From positions 9,300,001 through 9,364,000 of the forward strand of contig OX597814.1 in the NCBI GenBank assembly GCA_951406725.2: 64,000 nt of DNA, written 5' to 3'. Position numbers and translations under genes: made by a program. The notes under the pieces are model-generated. The model worked only from the letters and a program-made list of their open reading frames with translations, was not told where the DNA came from and searched no databases. This document shows positions 23,473 through 36,899 of the stretch, piece by piece. Within the stretch, counting starts at the first letter, position 1; every line of letters begins with the position of its first letter. The DNA is from Octopus vulgaris (Eukaryota).

Positions 23473-23686
23473 GAAGATGGATTCCTGTCTGAGTCCTGCC
23501 CAGTTGTTCTGATCTCTCTCTCTCTTAACTGTAATTATATGGGAGAAAGAGAAGTGATAGGAGAGAGAGAGAGAGAGGTAGAGAGTGTGAATTTACTTTG
23601 ACAACAAATGATGTATTTAATAACTTAACGATGTTTTTCCTAATTATTTTCTTTTCATTTGCAGAGCAAAAATACCTGTTAAAATC

Positions 23687-23699
23687 ATGGCGGAGAAAG
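23687..23699 (+). CDS. Macrodomain gene, first coding exon (MAEK + G; exon 23665-23699)
   Basis: Acceptor ttttcatttgcag at 23664, aaaatcATGG start context, AAG|gtattt donor. Phase 1 matches the exon at 33864. Confidence 0.55.
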
Positions 23700-24055
23700 G
23701 TATTTATTTATTTTTTAATCATAGTTTTGTAAAATTTTCTCTTTTTGACTTAAATTTTCAAAAATAAGACTTGTGAAAACTTACAGAAATAAAGCCTTTA
23801 CCCATCATCATCATCATCATAAAAATCATCATTACTTTAGCAGCCTCTTTTCCTTTGCTTGCATAGATAAGATGGAATCCATTGAAGCAGCATTTTCTAC
23901 GGCTGGGTGCTTCTCCTGTCACCAACCTTCAGCTGTTTCCAAGCAAGATAATATTCCTCTAATAACAAACATGTTTCTGTAGAAGATTGAAAACAAAGGA
24001 TGCTGCTTCTTTTGCCATGTCTCTCAGTCAATTAAATGATAAACACACACACATT

Positions 24056-24089
<34 letters not shown>

Positions 24090-24091
<2 letters not shown>

Positions 24092-24505
24092 GAAAATAGA
24101 AAAGAGTGAAAAAACTACAGAAGGCTTGTTTTATAAGGTTAAAGAATATATTTAAGTCGTTATGTTAGAAAAATGTTAAAAAATTTTGCATATAGTAACA
24201 TAGTTTTTGGAGAAATAACCGGTTTCGTGTAAACTTTTCAAATTTCTTTACCTATATCATGTCATGTCTTCCTTATGGAGTGCAAAGGAGAGTTCCAGGA
24301 AGGGGGAGGTAATAAAGGATTTCTTCCAGTATAAGGGAGATAATCGCTTTCTGTATCTATATATATATATGTATTTTTTATTTTTTTAAGGAGATGAGTT
24401 TCTCTGTATAAGAATGTTAGGATGGTTAAGTTCAGGCTTGTATTTTTCAATGAAGAATGTTTCCTTGTTTAATCTAATTTGTGTTGGTGTTCCAATAGCA
24501 CATTT
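24090..24505 (-). mobile_element. Penelope-like element 3' remnant
   Basis: Minus-strand RLNKETFFIEKYKPELN, like a GIY-YIG C-terminus, and a degenerate hammerhead-like motif at 24211-24247. Confidence 0.5.
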
Positions 24506-24525
24506 ATATATATATATGTGTGTGT

Positions 24526-24559
<34 letters not shown>

Positions 24560-24560
<1 letters not shown>

Positions 24561-25800
24561 CTTAGACTCGAAGAGCCTTTGAGTCAATGTAGCAAAGACC
24601 AAAAGTTCTAGTAAGTAGGAAGGCGAACACACCACACACCCTTCAGGTAGGTGGCCGTGCTCAATCTGTAGAAAAGGTGTAGGTAGAAACTCTATAAGAG
24701 GTACCCAGTGTAAGCTATGGACACATAAGAGGGGCAGCAACATCAAAGGAAGGTTAACCGGGAAGATGGTTTTGTGTGTTTCAGATGTACAGGTGCAATA
24801 CACACCAAAGATGAACAGAAAATAGATTCCATTACACTCCTGGGGGAAAAACTAGAAGTAGTTGATAGCTTCCGCTACCTAGGTGACCAAGTTAGTAGTG
24901 GGGGTGGATGCTCAGAGAGTGTTACCACTAGATTAAGTATAACCTGGGCAAAGTTTAGAAAGCTCCTACACCTACTGGTGACAAAGGGTCTCTTGCTCAG
25001 AGTGAAAGGTAGATTGTATGATGCAAGTGTGCATCATACAGTGAACATGGGCCATGACTGCAGAGGGCATGCATAGGCTCGAAAGGAATGTAGCTAGCAT
25101 GATCTGCTGGATGTGTAGTGTCATTGTGCACACATGACAGAGTGTAAACACCCTGGGAGAAATATTAGACATAAGAAGCATCGGATGTGGCGTGCAAGAG
25201 AGACGTCTGCACTGGTATGGTCATGTACTGCGGATGGATGAGGAGAGATGCGTAAAGAAGTGCCGCTCCCAAACAGTGGAAGGAACTCAGGGTAGAGGGA
25301 GACCCAGGAAGGTGGTGAAGCATGACCTTTGAACACTGGGCCTTACTGAAGCAATGACGAAAGACTGAGACCTCTGGAGATATGCTGCGATTGAGAAGAC
25401 CTGGCAAGTAAAATGAGATCACAGCTGTAACCTACACCAGTGCCGCATAACTAGCCCACTTAAAAGTACCTTGGATCGTAGGGTGACATGCTGGTAGCAC
25501 GTAAAAAATACCATTCGAATGTGGCCAATACCAGTGTTATTTTGATTGGCTTCCATGCCGATGGCACTTAAAAAGCACCATCCGATTGTGGTTGATGCCA
25601 ACTCCTCTGGCCCCTGTGTCAGTGGCACGTAAAAATTACCCACTCTACTCTCGGAGTGGTTGGTGTTAGGAAGGGCATCCAGCTATAGAAACATTACCAG
25701 ATCAGATTGGAGCCTGGTGCAGCTATCTGGCTCACTAGTCCTCAGTCAAACCATCCAACCCATGCTAGCGTGGAAAATGGAATTAAACGATGATGATGAT
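24560..25800 (+). mobile_element. RTE family 2, 3' fragment with tail module
   Basis: Homologous to 11980-13250. Confidence 0.85.
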
Positions 25801-25811
25801 GGTGAAAATAT

Positions 25812-27150
25812 ATCATCATCATCATCATTGTTTAACATCCGCTTTCCATGCTGGCATGGGTTGGACGATTTGACTGAGGACTGGTGAGCCAGATGGCTGC
25901 ACCAGACTCCAATCTGATATGGCAAAATTTCTATAGCTGGATGCCCTTCCTAACGCCAACCACTATGAGAGTGTAGTGAGTGCTTTTATGTGCCACTGGC
26001 ACGAGGACCAGTCAGGCAGTACTGGTAAAGGCCACGCTCAAATGGTGTTTTTATTATGAGCCACCTGCACAGGAGCCAGTCCAGCGGAACTGGCAATGAC
26101 CTCGCATGAATGTTGTTTTTCACATGCCAGTAAGGTGATGCTGGTAACGATCATTTTCAAATGGTACTTTTTACGTGCCACCAGCACGGGATCCAGCCAG
26201 CGACCCTGGCAACAATAATGCTCGGATGTTGCTTTAACATTCCACTGGCATGGTGCCAGTCAGGCAGTGCGAATTTGATTTCACTTGCCTCAACAGGTCA
26301 TCGCAAGGAAAGTTTGGTGTCCAACAAAAGAAAGGTACACATAAGCAGGTTGCTTACACTCCTGGTATAGGCCACGGGTTATGGTCTCACTTGGCTTGCC
26401 GAGTCTTCTCAAGCACAGCATATTTCCAAAGGTCTCGGTCACTAGTCATTGCCTCTGTGAGGCCCAATGTTCAAAGGTCGTGCTTCACCACCTCATCCCC
26501 TTTCTGGTTCTACTTCTTCCACAGGTTCCCTCAACTGCTAGGGTGTGACACTTTTTCACACAACTGTCCTCATCCATTCACACCTCATGACCATTACAGC
26601 ACTGTCATCTCTTTTGCACACCACATCTGATGCTTCTTAGGTCCAACGTTCCTCTCAAGGCGCTTACACTCTGTCGTGTGTGCACACTGACATTACACAT
26701 CCAGCAGATCATACTGTCTTCATTCCTTGTGAGCTTACGCATGTACTCAGCAGTCACAGCCCCTGTTTCATTGCCATGTAGCATGGCAGTTCGTACACAT
26801 GTGTCATACAGTCTATCTTTTACTCTGGGCATCCATTTAGCCCTGATCCTGAAGTTGCTAACTCGTAGTCTATGCTGTGGGGTACATTATTTTCTGGGAA
26901 GGTTTTGGAACTTATAAGTAGCCATCTTTCCCATTTCCTGGTGAGGATGTAGTCAGTTTGACTAGTGTGTCTACCAGATAGGTAGGTAACTGGCAGCCTG
27001 GTTCCCTCCTCATTGCGGGAACCAAAACCATAGCCTCCATGTATGCCATGGAAGCCCCCTGCATGTTGTCCAACATGTCCATTGAAATCACAAGCCACAA
27101 AGAGAAGGTCCCTGTCATTCATCGATGAGGTATTCAGCAGGGTGTCATCT
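25812..27150 (-). mobile_element. RTE family 2-related fragments, internally deleted
   Basis: DFNGHVG...GYGFGSRNEEG (endonuclease), RLYDTCVRTAMLHG, and the tail module. Confidence 0.8.
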
Positions 27151-27294
27151 GGGCGGATACCGTGGAAGCTCTCAGTTATGTTCCAGGTTATGGCTAACCA
27201 CATCGATTAGTATTTAACATCTGTTACTTCTATGAGTTGTCACTCATGCTGTAAATTCCTCTGATGAGTAATTTCGTGTTCACTGGATGGTAAT

Positions 27295-27970
27295 ATTATC
27301 TGGAGTGTATAGTAGCAGTAATTATAGCAAGAGAGAATATGGAGACAGGTACATTGTTAAAAGTGTGTGATATTGAAAATGAAACGAGTAAATTTGAAAG
27401 AAGCCAGGGAACTGAAATGCCAAATGGGCAAAGAATCAGAGCAGTTGTATAAGTATAGTGGTATAAGTACTTGGGAATACTGGAAACAGACGAGATAAAA
27501 AATGGAGAAATGAAACAAATTACCAGTAGGGAGTTGACAAGGAGAGTCAGAAAATTATTGCAGTCAAAGCTGGATTCCAAAATTCAAGAGCATTACCCTT
27601 AATCAGATAACGAGTTGGAATAATAGACAGGACCAGAAAAACAATATAAAGAAACTTGACAGAAAAACCAGGGAGTTGTTGACAATGTATGGGGTCAACC
27701 CACTCTCTGAAAGCAGATATGAACTGGCTGTACTTGAGGAGAGACCAGGGTGGAAGAGGCTTAATAGAAGTAGAAGAATGTATACAGATGGAAAGAAAAA
27801 GTCTAGTAGAGTATTTTCAGAGCAGCACAGAAAAACTACTAAAGACAGTTGAGAGAGAATAGATGATGAAGCGTGTAATAGGAGAAAAAGACAAGAACGA
27901 AATACAAAGAGAAAACGTCAGACATGGGAGAGAAACCTCTGCACAACCAATTATGGAGAGCCACTGAAGA
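27295..27970 (+). mobile_element. R4/Dong-clade non-LTR retrotransposon fragment, degraded
   Basis: YKYLGILE...RRVRKLLQSKL, DRKTRELLTMYG, LYLRRDQGGRGLIEVEEC. Confidence 0.7.
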
Positions 27971-27974
27971 TGTA

Positions 27975-29897
27975 TCATCATCATCATCATTGTTTAACAT
28001 CCACTTTCCATGCTAGCATGGGTTGGATAGTTTGACCAGGGTCTGGGAAGCCAGGAGGCTGCACCAGGCTCCAGTCTGATCTGGCAGTGTTTCTACAGCT
28101 AGATGCCCTTCCTAATGCCAATCACTCCGTGAGTGTACTAGGTGCCTTTTACGTGCCACTGGCACAGGTGCCAGGGGAGACTGGCAACAGCCATGATCGG
28201 TTGGTGCTTTTTACATGCCACCGGCATGTAAGCCAGTCAAGGCAGCACTGGCATCGGTCATGTTTGGATGGTGCTTTTTACGAACCACCAGCGCAGGTAT
28301 CACAACTACAATTTCCATTTGATTATTTGATGTTGATGTACTTGACTCAATAGGTCTCCTCAAGCACAGCAGGTCGCCTTACAATCCAAGGTAAGCACAG
28401 CAGGCCATCGTGCGACCCAAGGCACTTTGGATGGGCTGGGGCTTCTATGTGAAGCTGGTGCAGGAAACAGCCATGAACTCACGTTATTTGTCGGGTCTTC
28501 TCAGTCACAGCGTATTTCCAGAGGTCTCAGTCTTTTGTCATTGCCTCTTTGAGGCCCAATGTTTAATGGTCATACTTGTCCACCTCATCCTATGTCTTCC
28601 TGGGTCTACCTCCACCCCGGATTCCTTCAACAGTTTGGGAGTGGCACATCACTCATCTCACCTCTTCCATCCGTAGTACATGACCATACCAGCGCAGATG
28701 TCTCTCTTGCATGCTGCATTCGATGCTTCTTGTGTCCAACATTTCTCTCAGGGCACTTACACTCTGTCGTTTGTTCAAACTGACATTACACATCCAGCAG
28801 ATCATGCTAGCTTCATTTCTTTCAAGCCTACACATGTCCTCTGCAGTCACAACCCATGTTTCACTACCGTGAAGCATGGCAGTTGGCACACATACGTTGT
28901 ACAATCTACCTTACATTCTGAGCGAGAGACCCTTTGTCACCAGTAGGTGTAGGAGCTTTCTAAACTTTGCCCAGGCTATTCTTAATCTAGTGGTAACGCT
29001 CTCTGAGCATCCACCCCCACTACTAACTTGGTCACCTAGGTAGCGGAAACTATCAACTACTTCTAGTTTTTCCCCCAGGAATGTAATGTAATCTGTTTTC
29101 TGAGTATCAATGGTGTCTATTGCCCCTGTGCATCTGCTGCACACAAAAGCTATCGTCTCGGTTAATTTTCCCTTGATCTTGATGCACTCTTATGTGTCCA
29201 TAGCTTACACTGGGTAATCTTATGGAGTTTCTACCCACACCTTTTCTACAGATTGAGCAGGGCCACCTACCTGAAGGGGTGTGTGATGTGTTCACCTTCC
29301 TACTTACTAGAACTTTGGTCTTTGCTACATTGACTCTAAGGCCTTTTGATTCTAACCCAAGCTTCCACACCCAAAATTTATTTTCTAGTTCCAGTAGTGA
29401 TTCTGCTACGAGGGCCAGGTCATCAGCATAGAGGAGCTCCCAGTGGCAACCTGTTTTGAATTCCTTTGTTATTGCCTGGAGGACTATGATAAATAAAAGG
29501 AGACTGAGGGCTGAACCTTGGTGAACCCCTACTTCTACCCGGAATTCTTCACTATATTCATTGCCAATCCTAACCTTACTAATGGCCTCTCTGTATAAGG
29601 CCAGTACAGCCCTTATGAACCATTCGTCAATCTCCAGTTTCTGCATCGCCCACCAGATAAGGGATCAGGGGACCTTCTCAAAGGCTTTCTCAATTCCACG
29701 AAAGCTAAGTAGAGGGGTTTATCTTTAGCTAAGTATTTCTCCTGCAGTTGTCGAACCAGGAATATGGAATCAGTGGTGTTTCTACCTGGCACAAAACCAA
29801 ACTGCATCTCATCTAAGCAGACTCTCTCCCTAATGAGATGGGCTATGACCCTCTCCATGACTTTCATCACCTGATCCAGCAGTTTGATACCCCTGTA
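27975..29897 (-). mobile_element. RTE family 2, 5'-truncated copy
   Basis: YRGIKLLDQVMK...LYADDL...WPCSIC; reverse complement of 11440-13250. Confidence 0.9.
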
Positions 29898-30810
29898 ATA
29901 AAAATCCTGGGCTTTGTTAAAAAAAGGGCAATTGAAACAAGAAACACAGAGCCTAATTGTAGCAGCCCATAATAAAGTGATAAAAGCAAACAACTTTATA
30001 TTTATGGTCATTACAACCTACACGTGTTTCCACTGCACAGATTACAGACACAATTTTCGGTGCAGCTTCTTCAAGTTTTGCCCATCTGGATAGTTTCAAA
30101 GTGAACTGAGTGGAGTTAGTTGTTTGTTAGTTAGAGTTCAGGAGGAGCGAGGGTTGAAACTGAAATCTGATCTGTGTGATTGTCTTCAGATCTATGTCAG
30201 CTTTTTGTCTAATGATGTCAAGGTTGATGTTACTGTTTTCATAGGGCTCTTTGTGTATTGTAGTAGTTGGGTACACTGTAGCTTTGCTTTCAAGTTCAGT
30301 ACTTGTAGTGTAATGCTTTTAGTTGTTCATATATTCATTTTCTTGGTTGTGTTGTTAACGATTTGTGGTATACATTGGATGGAATATATGCTAGGTGTGT
30401 TAAGGACAGCCATGAATATTTTTGATTTTAGGATATGTTTGTCTATCCATCCTTTCACATTGGGTTATCTAGAACTTTCTTTAAATTCCTTAAATGATTT
30501 GTTGTGTGTATGTAAGCACCTTAAGGCCTGTTCAAGTCTGGTATTAAGTAGATTGTTTCTCAATGTAAATATTTGGTATAATTCTTCTATACATTGGTCA
30601 CATCTACTGCCTACCCAATATGTTTAGCTGTACTAATTATTTTCCATTCCAAAGAATAGCTGTGGTTCATATCTTTAATTAAGCAGAATAGTTTGCCTAG
30701 GACTAATACTATTCATGTTATTTCTATCCCGAAATGAATTTAAGTGATTGGCCAGCCTACTCTTGAAATTAAGCGAACTGACCCCCTATGTAGAAATACA
30801 TCCTTCCGGC

Positions 30811-30903
<93 letters not shown>
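30811..30903. repeat. (ATT)n microsatellite
   Basis: Direct inspection. Confidence 0.95.
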
Positions 30904-31078
30904 GGTAGTGAACTAGCAGAATTGTTAGCACGTCAGGCAAAATGCCTGATGGTATTCCATCAGTCTTTATTATAATTATTATTATTATTGATTGATTGAT
31001 TGATTCTAGTTTCAGCTTATGAGCTGTGGCCATGCTGGGGCACATATTATTATTATTATTATCATCATTATTATTATT

Positions 31079-31120
<42 letters not shown>

Positions 31121-31519
31121 TTGTTGTTGTTGTTGTTATAATGTGAGAAGCTTATTGAATCAGTAGCACGCCAGACAAAATGCTTAGCAACATGTCATCC
31201 ATTTATGCAGTCTGAGTTCAGTCATCTGTGAATAACTTTGCCTTTCATCCTTTCAGGGTCAATAAAATGAATACTGGTCAAGCACTGACCAGTATTCATT
31301 TTGATGTGATGGACAAGCCCCCTCCTTTAAAATTTCAGGCCTTGTGCCTATAATCGAAAGGATTATTATTATTGTTGTTGTTGTTGTTGTTCCCTAACAC
31401 AGAGCTTTTATGTTTGGGTTGTATCTTTTGCTTTACTATTCAGCATATTAACAATCCCAAAACCATTGCTAACGGTCCAGGAGAGGCATACTAGCCCAGA
31501 CTTGGCTTGGCACATATAG

Positions 31520-31900
31520 TTACACTTTTTTACTCTTTTACTTGTTTCAGTCATTTGACTGTGGCCATGCTGGAGCACCACCCTTAGTCGAGCAAATCGA
31601 CCCCAGGACTTATTCTTTGTAAGCCTAGTACTTATTCTATCGGTCTCTTTTGCCGAACCACTAGGTTATGGGAACGTAAACACACTAGTATCAGTTGTCA
31701 AGTGATGTTGGAGGGACAAACATACACACACACACATATATATGACGGGCTTCTTTCTGTTTCTGTCTACCAAATCCACTTGCAAGGCTTTGGTTAGCCC
31801 GAGGCTATAGTAGAAGACACTTGCCCAAGGTACTATGCAGTGGGACTGAACCAGGAACCATGTGGTTCGTAAGCAAGCTTCTTACCACACAGCCACTCCT
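31520..31900 (-). mobile_element. CORE-like tRNA SINE, full length
   Basis: Reverse complement of the 2330-2670 family, including ccttgggcaagtgtctt. Confidence 0.8.
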
Positions 31901-32189
31901 TGTTGAAGAAAAGCAAGACTTAGTAGTTCAATAGCAGCAGAAGATGAAAGATATGTCTTGTCAAGAAAAAGCATTACATTCAAGAACTCTCTTCATCCAC
32001 ACACTTAACTAAAACCTAAACTGCAAGGGTGAGGTTTAATGCTCCGGCCCATATGAAAGGATTATAAACATTAGGACTTTGACTATCAGTCTCTTCACTA
32101 CCACAAGTGAAAGTCCACGACAGAGTTGAGCTACTTTAACCATTTGAATATAAACGTAAACAAGATGTGTTCAGAAGATGTCTGACCTT

Positions 32190-32560
32190 TAGACATACAG
32201 AAAACCCTTTGTACGTTTCACAAATTTTATTTAATCACCTTCAAAATATCCCCAGTGGGAGTTCACAATTTTCTCCCAGACCTTCTGTTGCTACTGGCAA
32301 CACTTCTGGAGTGCCTTTCCTGGAATACTATGAAACTCTGTTGTTACTTTTCACATCATTTCCTCTCGCAGCTGAAATTGTGTCTCTTTCAGCATGGTTA
32401 GCATGGTTTTTAATTTTGTGGAAGAGCCGAAAGTCACGTGGTGCCAAGTCAGGAGTGTAGGAGTCCTGTCAAACAAATGGTGTGTTGTTCTTGACCAGGA
32501 GATCTTGGATTTGACTCTCTTATTGCACTGACACTCCCCACATGCACAGATCATTCATTA
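32190..32560 (-). mobile_element. Mariner transposase remnant
   Basis: Minus-strand YTPDLAPRDFRLF, matching the mariner YSPDLAPxD motif. Confidence 0.6.
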
Positions 32561-33576
32561 AAATGGAATGCATTATTTTCACAGCTTCCACAAACCAGAT
32601 GTGGAACTTGCTGACAGAAAGCTACTGCAACTTTTCCATACCAACCACTCTGATGAGCACAGTCTTAGATAATCACCTAATTACCCAATATCAGGTGCAA
32701 AACAAATTTGTAAGAATGGTTGAAATAGATTTATAATACTGAATAGTTTACGCTTAATATGCCCATTCCATGGTGGGGACACTGACAACGGGTGGTGTCA
32801 GAGCTATGCCGTCGGGAACTTCGGTTCCTGGTAGGGCCACCCAAGGTGGATTGGTCTGACACCGAGTGATATTAGGGCCACAACCTGGCAGACGGGGCTC
32901 TGGTAAAAATCCTCTGAGTGTCTGCTTTGGTAACTGGCGGCTCCTTGGTCGTTCTGTCTCTGCGTCTGCGTACAATCTGCGGCAAACAGGATGTCTCCAC
33001 ATGCGGGATTGTTGGGGACCGCTTGTGAAATCCACATATCCCCACAAAACTTCTTCCATGAGTAGAAGAAGCCGACACAACCCACCCAGGGTGAATGTCG
33101 CCACAAGTACAAGTAAGTAATATACCCACTCTGTTGAAAAATGTATGAGTGCGTGTTTTTCTGACTTACAGACTCACAGACTGTATCATTATCCTCATCC
33201 TTGACAGGATCTGGTGACCACCAGATCTGTTTTAGGCTCCACGCTCAGCTTTGGCATGGTTTCTATGGCTGACTGGCTGGCTGGTTGCCCTTCATATTGC
33301 CAACCATTTTACAGTGTGCTTTTCTCATGGCACCAGCACTGGTGAGGTCACCAAGTATCTTGCAAAACAAAGCAAAGAATGGAAAAGGATAAAACCCCCT
33401 AATGGAATTGGGTTGGGGAAGAGCCTTGATGCCAGGGGTAGAAATTCTAAAGTTTGCCAGAGGGTCAAGCATAGTTGTCTGGATATAGGGGAGACTCATG
33501 ACCTCCTCATATTTATGCAAGGGTGCATGACAGTATCTGGAGGGGAGAAAGATGGTGGTAATAGGGTTCCAGAGCA
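32445..33576 (+). repeat. Intronic segmental duplication, copy 1 (copy 2 at 62669-63847)
   Basis: Colinear high identity across about 1.15 kb, including unique sequence and nested TE pieces. Confidence 0.92.
32760..33120 (+). mobile_element. Short non-autonomous RTE derivative (5' leader joined to a 3' tail)
   Basis: gagctatgccgtcggg...ctggtagggccacccaagg resembles RTE/BovB 5' UTRs; ends in acaagtacaagtaagtaa. Confidence 0.5.
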
Positions 33577-33863
33577 CACTTTCCATAACTTAGTGGTTTA
33601 TCAAAGGAGACTGATAGAATAAGTATCTGGCTTTAAAATATTAATGTATTTGGGTCGATTCATTTGACTAAAAATTCTTCAAGGTGGTGCCCCAGCATGG
33701 CCACATTCGAATGACTGAAAGAAATAAAAGATATAACGGGGTTAATTCATTCAACTAAAAGCCTTCAAGGTGGTGCCCCAGCATGGCCACATTCGAATGA
33801 CTGAAAGAAGTGAATGATACACACACACACACACACACACTGATATTTGTCTATTTTTTTCAG

Positions 33864-34009
33864 ACACTGCATCATCGAAAGCATCCCTTCCTGGTTCACA
33901 ACAGGAACCCTCTTCTGTGGCACCCAGTACTAATGTGATGTCCGGACGATATGACATCAACATAAACCTCGCAAAGGGTACAATTTCTACTGTACCTGTT
34001 GATTTATCT
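33864..34009 (+). CDS. Macrodomain gene exon (linker + first strands): DTASSKASLPG...DININLAKGTISTVPVDLS
   Basis: tttttttcag acceptor, gtgagt donor, 146 nt open, phase 1 to 0. Confidence 0.8.
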
Positions 34010-34286
34010 GTGAGTAAATAGATTCAAGTAACATAAATTTAATTGTTATTTCATTTCCAAATGAGGAATCGTTACAGTTAATTAAAACATTTTCTCAATC
34101 AAACTCAAACATTTTATTTCCTTCACATCTGATATCTTGAGTATATCTTTTGCTAACTTTAACAACCTCAAACTTACTACAGCCATTCTGTAGAGCCTTT
34201 CTTAACAACAATATCAACTGCAACAATGTATCTCTCTTCTCTCCATGGAATGTTCCTTAGTTGTTTACCATTAATTACTTTTGTAG

Positions 34287-34514
34287 GTTGATGTCATCGT
34301 TAACAACACCAATAAAAACCTCCAGCTTAATGATGGTTCTCTCTCCAAATCTATTCTCAATGCTGCTGGTCCACAGATACAAGATGAATGTAACCAGAAA
34401 TATCCTCAAGGTATTTCTACATCTGAAATTGCCATCACTAAAGGATATAACCTCAACTGTGAGAATGTATTTCATCTGGCATTACCTCCCTGGGATGAAA
34501 ATTCCTCTGATTCA
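34287..34514 (+). CDS. Macrodomain gene exon: VDVIVNNTNKNLQLNDGSLSKSILNAAGPQIQDEC...NVFHLALPPWDENSSDS (PARP14 macro2/3-like)
   Basis: ttgtag acceptor, gtaagt donor, 228 nt open. Macrodomain pattern DVIVN...G.LSK.IL..AG...T.GYNL.C..V.H. Confidence 0.9.
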
Positions 34515-35113
34515 GTAAGTATCAATCATATGATATTGATTTATTGAAACTTTTAATGTTTGAAGAGAACCTTATGCATGTTGTGTGAGAATCATAAAGC
34601 AAATGTCAGCATCCTGTTTAATATTTGTTCTTCCAAGTTATCATTGGAAGGAAGCAGAAGATATCGATGAACAGGACACTTTTATATATAAATAGAAGGA
34701 AAAAAGCCTCATGGCCTAACAACAGTTATGTGACTGATAAATAAGACTATATTAAAACATATTTCTCTGTTTTACTGTCTGTATTGGTGAGTTTTTCTCT
34801 GTCATGGCACGAGCACTAGAGAGGTTGTCATGTCCTCAACAACACTAAAGACTCCTCTTGGGTCTGCATTGTCTCTCTTCATTCACCAACCATTTTACAC
34901 GGTGGATTGGGTCTGTTTTATTGTAGCAGCATCATGAGTGAGGTTGCCTTGTCCCTTGCAGGACTAAAGAGTGATAGGAATGACAGTTGTGTTTAGAAGT
35001 GGTAGGAGTGAGAGGAGGATATATTTATTATAACTTAATGGTTTCTACCTGTAATAAGAAAATAATTTAATAAAATGTTCATTATCAATTACTAAACAAT
35101 TTTTTTTTTTTAG

Positions 35114-35335
35114 ATTCTGGCAAACTTGACTCAAATAATAACCACTTGTCTGGAAACTGCTGAGAGAATGGGAGCAAAAATCCTTGCATTTCCTATATTA
35201 GGGGCTGAAATGAATTATCCCATTGGAAAAATACCTGTAACTATGTTTGAAGCAGTCAAAAACTACTCAAATCTAAATTCAAGCCAGATCAAAGATGTTT
35301 ACATTATTCTTCCAAACCACCCAGAGATAGAGAAG
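35114..35335 (+). CDS. Macrodomain gene exon: ILANLTQIITTCLETAERMGAKILAFPILG...IKDVYIILPNHPEIEK
   Basis: Poly-T-ag acceptor, AAG|gttggt donor, 222 nt. CL..AE......AFP.LG motif. Confidence 0.88.
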
Positions 35336-36539
35336 GTTGGTTGTTGTATTTATTGTTTGTTGTTTTATGTTGATATTTTTGGAATTTGCAAAAAAAAAAA
35401 GCCTACCGTAAATGAAGGAAATAGAAACAAAAATATGGAATCATTTCCTGACTTTATTTATTGGTTTTCTTAGATAGCAGAGATGGGAAGTGATGCTGAG
35501 AGGAATTTGGAATGGAGGGCCCTACAGTATGTGGATGGAGGTGTGGGGAAGATGGCTTGTGGGGGAGTTTGATAGACAACAGAATTATGTGTGAGAGGTG
35601 GGTCATGTTTGTAAGGGACATGCCTATTTGTATGGATGGTCACAATGTTACTTAGCTTATAAGATGAAATATAAAAAAAAAACAATAAATAAAATATAAG
35701 AATGAAAGAATACAGAACAGAGTGGGTAATGTAGTCCTAGGTAGACTGTGACTGAATAAGAGTTTGCTTGAGTGACAGTTGAATGATGAAAAAGTGATTG
35801 TTGCATCTGGTGATTCCTTGTGTTGATGACCCCTTAGTTGTCTGATGGCCCCATCCAGTTGTTCAACGGACTTCCTGCATCCTATCACAGTTTTACTCTA
35901 TCATGATTACCTGCTGCAAAGATAACATCAACAACAATGGCAACAACAATCATCACAACAGATATTTCATATCTGGAACCACCATTCCTTCCTCTACATG
36001 TTAGGAACATGGACTTTGCCTTGAAAGAGTTTTGTCTTGCTACAGAAACCAAAATGATAAAGTTTCTACTCATATAGAATAAAGTGGCTAACCATGTAAA
36101 ATGCTAGTAAGACAGGAGACATGTTTTTGGAAATGGTTATTCCATTCAAAAAGTAAATAATTTCAGGTTGGTTCCATACAGTAAACTTACCAAAGGAATT
36201 TGGAGACAAAATGATTGATGTTTTGTTTAGATTTTCCAAAAAAGTTTGACAGTCAGCATCATTATGTTCCTGTGAAGAAGTTTCTTATAATTCCACCAGT
36301 CTTGTGTACAATTCTTAATTCATTAGCTTCAGAATCTTTCGGTTTCATCTGATAGTAGACGTTTCATTCTGCTTGGATATTTTCTCTATCATCCCACTAT
36401 AGAGCACTTTGGTAAGCATCATCTACTAAGGCATCAGGAAAAAAAAAATTTTAGAGATTTAGCTTAGTCACTGATGTTTTTTTGGGTTCAGCTTTAATTT
36501 ATAGTCTAGTTTATCTCAACACCAACATCAACATAAAAA

Positions 36540-36886
36540 TAAAATGGAAATTGTAGTTAAGACACCTGTGACAGTGACAGGTAAAAAGCACCGTCCGAAT
36601 GTGGCAGATGCCAGCACCGCCTGACTGGCATCTGTGTCAGTGACACGTAAAAGCACCAACTGATCGTGGCCGTTTGCCAGCTGCCCCTGGGACCTGTGCC
36701 GGTGGTATGTAAAAAACACCCACTACACTCACAGAGTGGTTGGCGTTAGGAAGGGCATCCAGCTGTAGAAACACTGCCAAACTAGACTGGAGCCTGGTGC
36801 AGCCTCCATGGCTTACCAGACTCCGGTCGAACCGTCCAACCCATGCTAACATGGAAAACGGACGTTAAATGATTATGATGATGATA
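36540..36886 (+). mobile_element. (GAT)n-tailed retroposon 3' module
   Basis: Same family as 12960-13250. Confidence 0.75.
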
Positions 36887-36899
36887 TATATATATATAT

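Noticed and set aside
30080-30760. 167-aa ORF at 30124-30627
   Set aside because: No motif; probably the antisense of a decayed Penelope-like ORF next to the hammerhead-like relic.
32754-33129. 116-aa ORF conserved in both duplicates (also 62976-63326)
   Set aside because: Conservation is explained by the recent duplication; it lies antisense in a TE-derived sequence.
35480-36500. Possible further exons after 35335
   Set aside because: No phase-0 acceptor with macrodomain continuation; looks like decayed LINE sequence.
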